Position numbers and translations under genes: made by a program. The notes under the pieces are model-generated. The model was not told where the DNA came from, did not search any database, and worked only from the letters and a program-made list of their open reading frames with translations. A DNA stretch of 64,000 nucleotides, taken from IMG/VR virus record IMGVR_UViG_3300050343_000215, positions 64,001 through 128,000 of that record. One strand, given 5' to 3'. Every line of letters starts with the position of its first letter. The first letter of the stretch is position 1. Source of the DNA: a virus. Below are positions 36,971 through 45,888 of the stretch, piece after piece.

Positions 36971-36977
36971 TTTAAAT

Positions 36978-37136
36978 TCAGTCTTTTGTTTGTTGACGTT
37001 GGTATTTTTTTTCTGCACGAGTCATTTTACGAACCCAAGGATCTTTCAGAGGAATTTCTTTCCCCTGTCTAATGAGTTCTTTAATGTGCTCGGGAGGATT
37101 CTTCCAAAGATCTTCTTCATTTATTTGAACTGACAT
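36978..37136 (-). CDS. Small hypothetical protein (52 aa)
   Basis: Hand translation MSVQINEEDLWKNPPEHIKELIRQGKEIPLKDPW... Confidence 0.5.
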   Translation of the reverse strand: MSVQINEEDLWKNPPEHIKELIRQGKEIPLKDPWVRKMTRAEKKYQRQQTKD

Positions 37137-38062
37137 TCCATCATAATTTCAGTTAGACATGCCAGAAGATTAATCTCCTGATCAGCAGCAAACGCTGCCT
37201 GATATTGATATTTAGCAATCACTAAGACTGCCATAGGAATAGTAGAAGGAACGAGAACATCATACATTGCCTCATAGATACGATGAATAACCATATTAAA
37301 ATCGTTATCCAAATTTGCAACCACCCACTTACGGACAGTCGGAAACTCCTTTGCTTTCAAAGCATTCGTAAGACCTTTAAGATTAACATCACTAATCTCT
37401 GTAAGGATACCAGTATCAATGTTACCAGTATTACCATACTTTTGAAGTTGATTCAAAACACGACGCCAGTCTGGGAAGTGAGTTTGAATTAGTTCTGCAA
37501 CAACCTTTGGATCGTATGCAACATTCTCACTCTCAAGTATAGACCGGACACGGTTGAAAAATTGCCCCGCAATAGTTGCCTTTTCTTTTCCTTTGAATGC
37601 AAAATCAATGACGGAACATCTTGATTGGATGGGGTCAATGATTTTGTTTTTGTAGTTGCAGGTGAAGATGAATCTGCAGTTGCTATGATACGCCTCAATA
37701 GAACTCCGTAAGAGGAGTTGTACATCATTGGTTGTATTATCTGCTTCGTCAATGATGATGACCTTGTGCTTACTTCCTTGAAGTGATACGGTCGTTGCAA
37801 AAGTTTTTGCTTGGTTCCGTACCGTATCCAGAAAGCGTCCTTCGTCAGATCCATTAATTACAATATAAGATAAGTTTAGTTCTTCACATAATGCTTTAGC
37901 AGCAGTAGTTTTACCAACACCAGGAGGACCAGTGAGAAGAAGATTATTCAACTCACCAGCAGCAACCTGTTGCTTAAGATCACGTTTGATGCTATCAGGC
38001 AGAATGCAATCTTCAATCTTACGAGGGCGGTATTTTTCCACCCAGAGATACTGGTCGTTCAT
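37121..38062 (-). CDS. gp44: Clamp loader large subunit gp44
   Basis: WVEKYRP, GPPGVGKTT, IIDEAD, SRC. Confidence 0.96.
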   Translation of the reverse strand: MNDQYLWVEKYRPRKIEDCILPDSIKRDLKQQVAAGELNNLLLTGPPGVGKTTAAKALCEELNLSYIVINGSDEGRFLDTVRNQAKTFATTVSLQGSKHKVIIIDEADNTTNDVQLLLRSSIEAYHSNCRFIFTCNYKNKIIDPIQSRCSVIDFAFKGKEKATIAGQFFNRVRSILESENVAYDPKVVAELIQTHFPDWRRVLNQLQKYGNTGNIDTGILTEISDVNLKGLTNALKAKEFPTVRKWVVANLDNDFNMVIHRIYEAMYDVLVPSTIPMAVLVIAKYQYQAAFAADQEINLLACLTEIMMECQFK

Positions 38063-38076
38063 AATATAAAAAAGTT

Positions 38077-38742
38077 TTAGTTAGAGTCGGGCTCAAGTGC
38101 AATCCAATATGTCAAAGGAATCGCCTGATGCTGAAAACAACTAATCAAACGCTTAGACATAGTGACCTTGTAATCACCCTTAAAGATTTTCAAGTTCTCA
38201 ACCTTCATGTTGAGTACAAATTCATCAGCAGTCGCACCAACATCAACAGAAAAAGTATTTGAAGTATCGTTTTCTTTATCACGAACTACCACAGAGATCT
38301 TCTCACCATCACCAACAACAGAAAGATCAGGGAGATTGTTGACTGCTGCCATACGAATCAAACGATCAAGATCTTTTGCCGTCAAAGTAAAACTCACATC
38401 TTCAGAAGGAAGTGTGGGATTATCTTCTGGTGCTTTCTTAATCAGACTAGGATCTGCAAAAAAGTACTTCATAGAAGAACCCGTGTCAGTAATTTTTACA
38501 TGATGATCAGCACCAAACTCCATGTCTGCACCATGCATCAGAATCATATTGCTGAGGAACTCACTCAAATCATAGATAGCAAAATTTTGTGGAAATGCTT
38601 CTGTGACATTTGCTTCAGCAAGAATATTTTCTGCGATAGAGAATGTGCGAAGTCTATTGCCTGCTTCCACGGCGATGGATTGATTGATTGAAGAAAAATT
38701 CTTCAAAATTTCAAACGTATCGTTAGATAATTTCATAGTCAT
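38077..38742 (-). CDS. gp45: Sliding clamp gp45
   Basis: ILKNFSSINQSI, YFFADPSLI, YWIALE. Confidence 0.94.
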   Translation of the reverse strand: MTMKLSNDTFEILKNFSSINQSIAVEAGNRLRTFSIAENILAEANVTEAFPQNFAIYDLSEFLSNMILMHGADMEFGADHHVKITDTGSSMKYFFADPSLIKKAPEDNPTLPSEDVSFTLTAKDLDRLIRMAAVNNLPDLSVVGDGEKISVVVRDKENDTSNTFSVDVGATADEFVLNMKVENLKIFKGDYKVTMSKRLISCFQHQAIPLTYWIALEPDSN

Positions 38743-39022
38743 TGAGGGTATTCTTCAGTAATGTTGGATTTGTCAGAGAAATGGAGAAGGAGTAATCCGT
38801 AGTGTAGGATCTTAATGATAATGTCGCGACGGGCAGTACCTTTACGATCATAGCGTGAAGCATACTTTAGAATGTTACTTCTACAGAATGCTTCAGCATC
38901 ACCACAGGACTCAATCAAATCTAACGTTTGAATCTCATCGTTGCCAGCAGAATAATGTTGCCATACGTCCCAGAGATGTAATCGCGCAACTCCTTTGAGA
39001 AGCGCTCTTCATTGTATTTCAT
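38739..39022 (-). CDS. Small conserved protein with one apparent -1 indel
   Basis: MKYNEE...ISGTYG then QHYSAGNDEIQTLDLIESCGDAEAFCRSNILKYASRY; 284 nt = 3n-1. Confidence 0.65.
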
Positions 39023-39024
39023 AA

Positions 39025-40752
39025 TTAGTCTCCGTTAGTCAATTGTTCCATTTTACTAAAATTTTTCACTTTGTCAAATTTGAGAACACGGTCAAACTTC
39101 TCAACCATATGCTCTCGGTGCGAGATAATAAACAGATTAAGGTCGTTAGTAAAGTTCCTCAAGATATATGATAACTCATCAGTGCCGCTGCTGTCAAGTG
39201 AGCTGTCAAAGATCTCATCAAGGATGAGAAGGTTGGTGTCCACGCTGTTTTTGAGTTTGGCAACTGACCTCCATGTTAGCATAAGAGCGATGTCAATGCG
39301 AGACTTCTCACCCTCTGAGAACGATGCATAACTAAAGTCGTCTCTATAACGAGACTTGATAGTCTCCTCAAAACTCTCACTGAGTGTGAAGTTCACAAAG
39401 AAATCCATCTGCTGTAGGTATTGGTTGATGAGTTTGTTCATCACCGGCAGGTATCGTTTGATGATCCTGGTCTTGATACCAGTGTCCTTCAGCAGGTTAG
39501 CAGCAACATTAAAGTAATCTTTATTCTCCTTATGCAAGAACAAAACTTTCTCATATTCTTCTTTCTGATTTTTCAGTTCACTTAACTGCTCTTGCTCCTT
39601 ACTAGAATTGCTTTTGTTATCAGCAATGGATTTAATCTCTAACTCAAGATCTCTAATCTGACGATTGATATGATTAATGATTCCATTGTTCTTATCAATG
39701 GCAGAATAATTATCTCTGATATCATTAGAGATTTCTTTATACTGATTAATCTGAGTCTTTACATCACCAATTTGTTCGTCAAGAACGCCCCATGCTTTTT
39801 CTGTTTCAGAAATAGATTTCTTATTTTTATCTACCTTACTTTGCTTAAAGTCAGAGTCTAGTGTTTGCTTACATGTAGGACATGTATCATTGTTAGTATA
39901 AAATAAAAGTTCTTTATTTAAATTAGAAAGTTTTGTTTTAAACTTTATCTTAAACTCTTTTAAACTATCATACTTTTTAGATAATTTATCGCCGTCAAAT
40001 AAGTCACTCTTTCTAGTTTCAATATACTCTGTAATTTGATGATTTTGTGATAAGATCTCTTCGCTTTGAGAAAATAATTTACTTATCTTCTCTTGTTTAT
40101 GTTGTATAAAATTGTCGCTCTGTGTTTCAATCTGTTTAATTAAATCTTCATGAGATTCAATGCGATGCTTTACCAAGTCAAGATCTTTATCCGTGAAGCG
40201 AATAGCATCGTTTAATTGCTTCATGCGATCCTTAAGATTAGTATTCATTGTAGAGAATACCTGGATATCCAGGAGATCTTCAATGATATCGCGACGGGAT
40301 GCCAATGGCAACTGCATGAATGGAACAAATGTAGAAGATCCCAGAACAACAATCTGTGTAAATGACTTATAGTTTAGTTTGAGGATTGTTTGTTCTAGGA
40401 ACTTCTGTTGATCTGCTGCTGCAGCATCTTGGTTCAGCATTTCTCCATCAACATAAACCTCAAAGAGATTAGGTTTCATGCCACGGATAATTTTATAAGA
40501 TTTCTTAGCGATTGAAAACTCAACTTCAACACAACAATCTTTGCCATTGATAGTGTTTACAAGTTGAGGTTTATTGATCTTACGGAATGGTTTATTAAAC
40601 AATACAAAAGTAAGAGCATCTAACACTGTGCTTTTTCCAGCACCATTACTGCCAATAATTACATTGTTACCATGTGTATTGAGTTTTATTTCTGTGAAGT
40701 TATTGCCACTAGATAAGAAATTTTTATAACGAATAGTTTCAAAGATAATCAT
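39025..40752 (-). CDS. gp46: Recombination endonuclease subunit gp46 (Rad50/SbcC-like)
   Basis: GSNGAGKST, CPTC hook, FSEGEK, LILDE. Confidence 0.95.
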   Translation of the reverse strand: MIIFETIRYKNFLSSGNNFTEIKLNTHGNNVIIGSNGAGKSTVLDALTFVLFNKPFRKINKPQLVNTINGKDCCVEVEFSIAKKSYKIIRGMKPNLFEVYVDGEMLNQDAAAADQQKFLEQTILKLNYKSFTQIVVLGSSTFVPFMQLPLASRRDIIEDLLDIQVFSTMNTNLKDRMKQLNDAIRFTDKDLDLVKHRIESHEDLIKQIETQSDNFIQHKQEKISKLFSQSEEILSQNHQITEYIETRKSDLFDGDKLSKKYDSLKEFKIKFKTKLSNLNKELLFYTNNDTCPTCKQTLDSDFKQSKVDKNKKSISETEKAWGVLDEQIGDVKTQINQYKEISNDIRDNYSAIDKNNGIINHINRQIRDLELEIKSIADNKSNSSKEQEQLSELKNQKEEYEKVLFLHKENKDYFNVAANLLKDTGIKTRIIKRYLPVMNKLINQYLQQMDFFVNFTLSESFEETIKSRYRDDFSYASFSEGEKSRIDIALMLTWRSVAKLKNSVDTNLLILDEIFDSSLDSSGTDELSYILRNFTNDLNLFIISHREHMVEKFDRVLKFDKVKNFSKMEQLTNGD

Positions 40753-41012
40753 AGATCATGTGATGGTGGAATTATTAGTTCATTGGGTTCTATTACAGTG
40801 TAATTATACCCGGTGCTTTCGCACATTTCAATCATTGACTCAGTGTCAACTTCAACAGTTGACATTATTGGAAAATCATCTGCCTCCAGAAGACCAGCAA
40901 AACGTTCAGCATCTTCTAATTCAGTGAAGAGCAAAAGAGTTCTTTCGTTCTTACTATTTGAAACAGCATATGCTCCTTCAGTTTCCTTACCTTCTAGACA
41001 CAGTATATACAT
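40749..41012 (-). CDS. Hypothetical protein
   Basis: 87-aa ORF coupled to gp47 and gp46. Confidence 0.7.
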   Translation of the reverse strand: MYILCLEGKETEGAYAVSNSKNERTLLLFTELEDAERFAGLLEADDFPIMSTVEVDTESMIEMCESTGYNYTVIEPNELIIPPSHDL

Positions 41013-42058
41013 TATACCACCTCAAGTGCCTCAACGTACAGAGATTTCATAATCTCTTTTAACTTATGACTATCTAGGTTGGTATTAAGTTCATCAACAT
41101 ACTTCTCCAAAATAGTTAGAGTGTCTTCATGCTCAAGTTCTATGTCATCATCATCATCAACTTCTGTAGAAAAGTCTTCAATAATTTTAAGATCTAATGC
41201 AACATCTTGTAAAGAATTAATAAGATAATCAAACTCAGTATAATCTGTTTTATTTTCTACAACAACTTTTACTACAGTATCTTTATATTTTTCAACATCT
41301 ATATTATAATATTCATTTTTAGTGTCATCATAAAATATTTTATGAAACATTTCGTAAGGATTTTTAATATGCTGTAACTTTAGAGTTTCAGTATCAAAGA
41401 TATTAAATCCACGTTCATCAGCATAATCATTCCAATACATCTGATAGGGATTACCAATATATTGGAAGTTTCCTTTCTTACTTCTAGTATGATAATGACC
41501 CGACATCACCATCTTAAATTTAGAAAACTCGGAAACCTGCCTACCATGATTAGCAACGTAGGTAGGATTAGTTTTAAATCCTTCCATCTCCAGGTGTCCT
41601 AAGACAACCTCTGCCTCAGTTTCCCTCATAAGATTTACTGTTTGTTCTTCATTCTGATCGCAGATCCAAGGAAGATAAACCATCTTACGACCACCAACAG
41701 TAACCTCAGAAGGTCCAGTATAGACACGGAGATTATCATACTCCTGTAGAAGGCACTCCAAAGAATTAATCTCTAGAGTGTTCTTATAGAAAGCATCATG
41801 ATTACCGACCATCATATCAACAGTCACCCCCAGATCCTGCAAAGGATTGAAGATGTTTTTCCTAGACCAGTCAAGACTCCAGAAATCAATGTTGCGACGA
41901 ATATCAAACACATCACCCAGATGGATGACATGCTTAATTTTTTTCTTCTTTAATGTTGGGAAGAAAATATCATTATAGAATTTAAGAAAAAAATCATGAT
42001 AATCTTGATTACCTTTCTTAAATCCGTAGTGGGTATCAGTAATCAGGGCAACTTTCAT
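41012..42058 (-). CDS. gp47: Recombination endonuclease subunit gp47 (Mre11/SbcD-like)
   Basis: TDTH, HLGD, GNHD, SGHYH. Confidence 0.95.
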   Translation of the reverse strand: MKVALITDTHYGFKKGNQDYHDFFLKFYNDIFFPTLKKKKIKHVIHLGDVFDIRRNIDFWSLDWSRKNIFNPLQDLGVTVDMMVGNHDAFYKNTLEINSLECLLQEYDNLRVYTGPSEVTVGGRKMVYLPWICDQNEEQTVNLMRETEAEVVLGHLEMEGFKTNPTYVANHGRQVSEFSKFKMVMSGHYHTRSKKGNFQYIGNPYQMYWNDYADERGFNIFDTETLKLQHIKNPYEMFHKIFYDDTKNEYYNIDVEKYKDTVVKVVVENKTDYTEFDYLINSLQDVALDLKIIEDFSTEVDDDDDIELEHEDTLTILEKYVDELNTNLDSHKLKEIMKSLYVEALEVV

Positions 42059-42531
42059 TTTCTAGTTTTTTGCTCAATGTTTTGTTTGATACTATTATAA
42101 TCAGAAGCGGAAAAGTTTAGTTCATTCTTATCAGCATAGAGGACTTCATCGTATCCAGAACGCTCAAGAATTTTGCTTTTAATTTCTAGTTGCTTCTTTT
42201 CTTTTTGAATTCTTCTCAAGAATGCATAGTAAATAATTTGAGTAAAGTATGCAAAAGGATTGCCACGATTGGGATCAAAGTTATCAATGTACTGAACACA
42301 GTTCTCAATACCATCACTAATCATGTCCTCACGGAAAGGATAGTTGATGAAGTTAGGACGGTAAGACAGATGCTGTGCGATCTTCAAGAAGCACTCACCG
42401 ATATAATTTGGTATCCTAGGGCGAGTGGTCTCTTCTGTCAAGGCTTTTTTTACAAAGTATTTGTAATCAGAGAGTGCCCTCAAGAACTCTTTATTATCTA
42501 CATAATGTTCTGGTTTCTTTTTGGATCTCAT
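42055..42531 (-). CDS. gp55: Late transcription sigma factor gp55
   Basis: HYVDNKEF, NFINYPFREDMISDG, NPFAYFTQI. Confidence 0.94.
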   Translation of the reverse strand: MRSKKKPEHYVDNKEFLRALSDYKYFVKKALTEETTRPRIPNYIGECFLKIAQHLSYRPNFINYPFREDMISDGIENCVQYIDNFDPNRGNPFAYFTQIIYYAFLRRIQKEKKQLEIKSKILERSGYDEVLYADKNELNFSASDYNSIKQNIEQKTRK

Positions 42532-42564
42532 TTTGGTTCATCTTCCATAAGTTATTGTACCAAC

Positions 42565-42615
42565 ATTATAACATATGTAAGAGGGCTTGACAAGATTGGA
42601 TTTGATCTGTAGAAT
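42565..42615. promoter_or_regulatory. Bidirectional sigma70 promoter pair with shared -35
   Basis: Minus: TTGTCA-17-TATAAT toward gp55; plus: TTGACA(42587)-17-TAGAAT(42610). Confidence 0.7.
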
Positions 42616-42652
42616 AACTCTGTAAGGGTTCAAAGGAAGTAATAGCTTTAAG

Positions 42653-43060
42653 TTAATAAGTATCAAATAAATTCTCAAAAAATATTCTAGCATCTTCTAC
42701 AGATGCTCTGTATCCTTTGTATTTTTTTCTATTTAATTTTTTAGCAATTTGTTCCTTAGCTTTTTCGTTTATTTGAACAACTGCTTTTTTATAATGACTT
42801 AATCCTGGTTCTAGTAATTCATTAACTGTTATTATTTTAGTATCAGTTATAAAGAAGATATTGTCTGTTGATGATTTAATCCATTTAGATAATCTTAATC
42901 CTGTTATTTTAATATTGTCTCCTAACAAATCGTGTAGATCACTCATGTCCTCTAATATTAATGGGTTCTTAATTAATAAACCTTCTTCATGGACTTCAAC
43001 TAAACCAACAATTTCTTCTCCAGTCATTAATTTTATTGTGCCGAAGAATTTATCGTTCAT
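42653..43060 (-). CDS. Small beta-rich protein, Sm-like paralog 4
   Basis: TIKLMTGEEIVGLV...LIKNPL...LSKW. Confidence 0.6.
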   Translation of the reverse strand: MNDKFFGTIKLMTGEEIVGLVEVHEEGLLIKNPLILEDMSDLHDLLGDNIKITGLRLSKWIKSSTDNIFFITDTKIITVNELLEPGLSHYKKAVVQINEKAKEQIAKKLNRKKYKGYRASVEDARIFFENLFDTY

Positions 43061-44529
43061 CTTTTAATATTTACTGGGATAATTTCATAATTAAATTGCT
43101 CTTCATTGTAAATTTTAATTCTTTCTTTGAGGTGATTGAGAGTATAGTTATTGTAACTACCTTTAGAAAAATCATCAGCAATGTCATAAAGCACTGCCTG
43201 AGCTTTGTTGTCTCCTTTGCGAAGGACTCTACCAATAGATTGTAGATTCCTAATTCTTGATTTGCTAGGTGAAGCAAAAACAATATTATGTAGATTTTTA
43301 ATGTTGATACCAGTAGAGAAGGTTCCGTAGGAAGCAATGATAACGCAGTTATCATTTACCTCTGCTAACTGTCTGATGTTCTCACGTTCAGATGCTTCCA
43401 CACCACCATGAACAAAGAAAACTTTCTTGGTATCTCCGATACTATTATTTATCATATCAAAAAGTGGTTCACCATGCTTCTCCACATAATTGAATAGAAC
43501 TAATGTGTTACCACTTAGGTCACCCACAAGATTTTTAATAAACACATTACGTTTATCATGTGTTACAATGTATTCCATTTCATCTTGGTATGTTTCAAAC
43601 TTATATGATTCGTGCCTCAGAGCAAGGATTTTAATCTTTAGTTGTGAGAGTTGATCTCGCTTCATAAGATCAGCAGTACTAGTAACCCGATCAGATAATC
43701 CGAACAGACCTTCCAAAACCAGACGGTGAGTTTTTGTTCCGTCCAGTGTGCCTGTGAATCCGATACGATATTTTGCTTCATGGAGTTTTGTCATAATACT
43801 TGTTAAAGACTTTGCCTTAAACGTATGGCACTCGTCTCCGATTACAGCAGTATATGAATCAAAATACTTTTTAGGTAGTTTGTAGATAGACTGCCATGTT
43901 GTGATAACTACAGGTGCAGTTGACATTTTTGCTTCACCAGCATATACTTGGTGGCAATAATCTTCTGCATTCCAACCATAGTTTTCAAAATCTTTATACA
44001 ACTGTGTTACAAGTGAAATACTCGGAACAATAATTAATGTCTTAAGATTAGCAGCAGTAAAATATCTAACCAAAGAATATATCATAAAAGATTTGCCCGA
44101 CCCTGTAGGAGAAACAATGATCTTCCTATACATTTTTAATGCTTTGAATACAGCATTATATTGATAGTCTCTGGGTTTAATCTCTGTACCTTCAGTAAGG
44201 TAATCCAAATATTCTTTTACAGTCTCTGGCAAAATATACGGATCTCGTTCAATAACCTTACCGTAATATTCATTATCTTGATAAGAATAAGTATAGTCTC
44301 TTTCCTCTGCCCACTCTATCAAATAATGTAATAACCCAATATAAAGTTGACCATTACCAGGAGAGAACAATCTAATTTTACCGTCCCAATATTTTTTCTT
44401 ATACTGAGGCATGAACTTTGCATCAGGTACTTCAAATGTAAAGTACTCTGATAACTCCATACTTATGTGTGCTTCACATTCAAGTTCTAAGTATACTTCG
44501 TTTCTTTTCCTGATAACAATGTCAGACAT
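43057..44529 (-). CDS. uvsW: SF2 helicase UvsW
   Basis: SPTGSGKS, GDECH, TGT, QSIGRVLR. Confidence 0.95.
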   Translation of the reverse strand: MSDIVIRKRNEVYLELECEAHISMELSEYFTFEVPDAKFMPQYKKKYWDGKIRLFSPGNGQLYIGLLHYLIEWAEERDYTYSYQDNEYYGKVIERDPYILPETVKEYLDYLTEGTEIKPRDYQYNAVFKALKMYRKIIVSPTGSGKSFMIYSLVRYFTAANLKTLIIVPSISLVTQLYKDFENYGWNAEDYCHQVYAGEAKMSTAPVVITTWQSIYKLPKKYFDSYTAVIGDECHTFKAKSLTSIMTKLHEAKYRIGFTGTLDGTKTHRLVLEGLFGLSDRVTSTADLMKRDQLSQLKIKILALRHESYKFETYQDEMEYIVTHDKRNVFIKNLVGDLSGNTLVLFNYVEKHGEPLFDMINNSIGDTKKVFFVHGGVEASERENIRQLAEVNDNCVIIASYGTFSTGINIKNLHNIVFASPSKSRIRNLQSIGRVLRKGDNKAQAVLYDIADDFSKGSYNNYTLNHLKERIKIYNEEQFNYEIIPVNIKR

Positions 44530-44957
44530 TACCTAATTCCTTCAATAAATGATTTCCACTCAATAGCATTTTTTATTTGGAATGACCGATTATTAATCAT
44601 CCTGATTACACTCTCAAGGTATTCAATGATGATGTCATACATATCAATCTTCATCTGTAAGTCTTTGACTTGAGAATCTGATTCAATATACATTGGTAGA
44701 TCTGACTTGAGTACTTTCAGATCAAACGGTTCTTCTTTGTAATCTTCCTCGGATCCTCGTCCCGCATAGTATTCAAACTTGCGTCTGTTAAGTTGTTTGA
44801 GGTCCAGTACTGCTAATTTCTTTTTGAATTTGTAGTCTGAAAAAAAATTTAAATATTTTGAATGTAGTGTGGGAATATTAAGTGCAGCGGTATCAAGTTC
44901 AACAGGATCAATTTTTGAATCCTGTTCCCACATCGCCTGAATTTCTTCAAAGGTCAT
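44529..44957 (-). CDS. uvsY: Recombination mediator UvsY
   Basis: LHSKYL, YYAG, INNRSFQIKNAIEW. Confidence 0.9.
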   Translation of the reverse strand: MTFEEIQAMWEQDSKIDPVELDTAALNIPTLHSKYLNFFSDYKFKKKLAVLDLKQLNRRKFEYYAGRGSEEDYKEEPFDLKVLKSDLPMYIESDSQVKDLQMKIDMYDIIIEYLESVIRMINNRSFQIKNAIEWKSFIEGIR

Positions 44958-45490
44958 TAACTAATCACATTTCCATCATACTTAATTCTATATATGGTAT
45001 ATTTAAAGGTGACATTTGCAGTCAGGTACTGAACTCCTTGCTCAGTTGCATCAAATGCTACAGATGTTAATGCAGTAGGCCATGCATTCTCAAACTCAAT
45101 TTGAATATTTGAATTAAAGTTACTATTTAAAATTTCTAAAGAAATATTTCCTTCTATTGGATCTTTGTCAGTATCAAATTTTTCTGCAAGACCAGTCTTT
45201 GCAATCCATTTATGTATTGATACATAATTTGTCATGTCCTCATCAATCAAAAACTTGACACTAAGGTCTTCATACTCTGTCTCAGTTCCAGCGATAGGAA
45301 TGTCCCTAAATGGTGTGGTGACATTAATCTCAGGAATTCTTATGCCAGGGATGTTTGCTGACTGACATAAGAATGCTACCTTAGGAAATTTTTCAATTGA
45401 TAATTTGAAACCTTGTGGCGCTAGGTAGTTAAGATTATCAATCTTATCTTCTAACCAATTTGCCTGGGTCATCGTTAAAAATACTTTCAA
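44957..45490 (-). CDS. gp3: Tail tube terminator / head-proximal tip gp3
   Basis: FLCQSANIPG, FLIDEDM.NY, AWPTAL; CTAAATA at 45492-45498. Confidence 0.85.
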   Translation of the reverse strand: MKVFLTMTQANWLEDKIDNLNYLAPQGFKLSIEKFPKVAFLCQSANIPGIRIPEINVTTPFRDIPIAGTETEYEDLSVKFLIDEDMTNYVSIHKWIAKTGLAEKFDTDKDPIEGNISLEILNSNFNSNIQIEFENAWPTALTSVAFDATEQGVQYLTANVTFKYTIYRIKYDGNVIS

Positions 45491-45500
45491 ATATTTAGAT

Positions 45501-45523
45501 AAAAAAAGACCCCTTTCGGGGTC
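45501..45523 (-). terminator. Intrinsic terminator
   Basis: GACCCC-GAAA-GGGGTC plus T7. Confidence 0.85.
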
Positions 45524-45528
45524 GGTAA

Positions 45529-45702
45529 TTAAATAAGAATTCGTTTACATATTCGTTTACATTTATGTTGATCTAAAGAATCACATTCTACTAAACATTC
45601 GTAGTAGTCATTTAATTTTTCGTTTTCTAAACGTAATCCATCCACAGTATCATCAAAATGTCGCCACTCATTTAACTGAGATCGGGATAAAAGATTGTGC
45701 AT
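45529..45702 (-). CDS. 57-aa four-cysteine small protein
   Basis: Hand translation MHNLLSRSQLNEWRHF...YECLVEC...CKRICKRILI*; AGAGGT RBS. Confidence 0.7.
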   Translation of the reverse strand: MHNLLSRSQLNEWRHFDDTVDGLRLENEKLNDYYECLVECDSLDQHKCKRICKRILI

Positions 45703-45840
45703 TGAGTCACCTCTAACATTTAACTCATAACCAAAAAGTAGGGGTCATGTGTACCTAACAATTCTACTACTATGTATATAAAAATGTTCATTTCAGCACA
45801 ATTAAGAAATAAAAATTTATGCCTACGAGTATATACCCAT

Positions 45841-45865
45841 AAAAAAAGACCCCTTAGAGGGGTCT
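45841..45865 (-). terminator. gp23 terminator
   Basis: AGACCCCT-CTA-AGGGGTCT plus T run. Confidence 0.85.
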
Positions 45866-45888
45866 GTGTGGACCTGTGAGAGGTTATA

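Noticed and set aside
45540-45563. Tandem repeat TCGTTTACAT(AT) x2
   Set aside because: It simply encodes CKRI-CKRI in the small protein; not an array
45529-45702. Calling the 4-Cys protein CP12
   Set aside because: It lacks the CP12 C-terminal FC-x-x-NP-x-x-x-EC-x-x-Y motif
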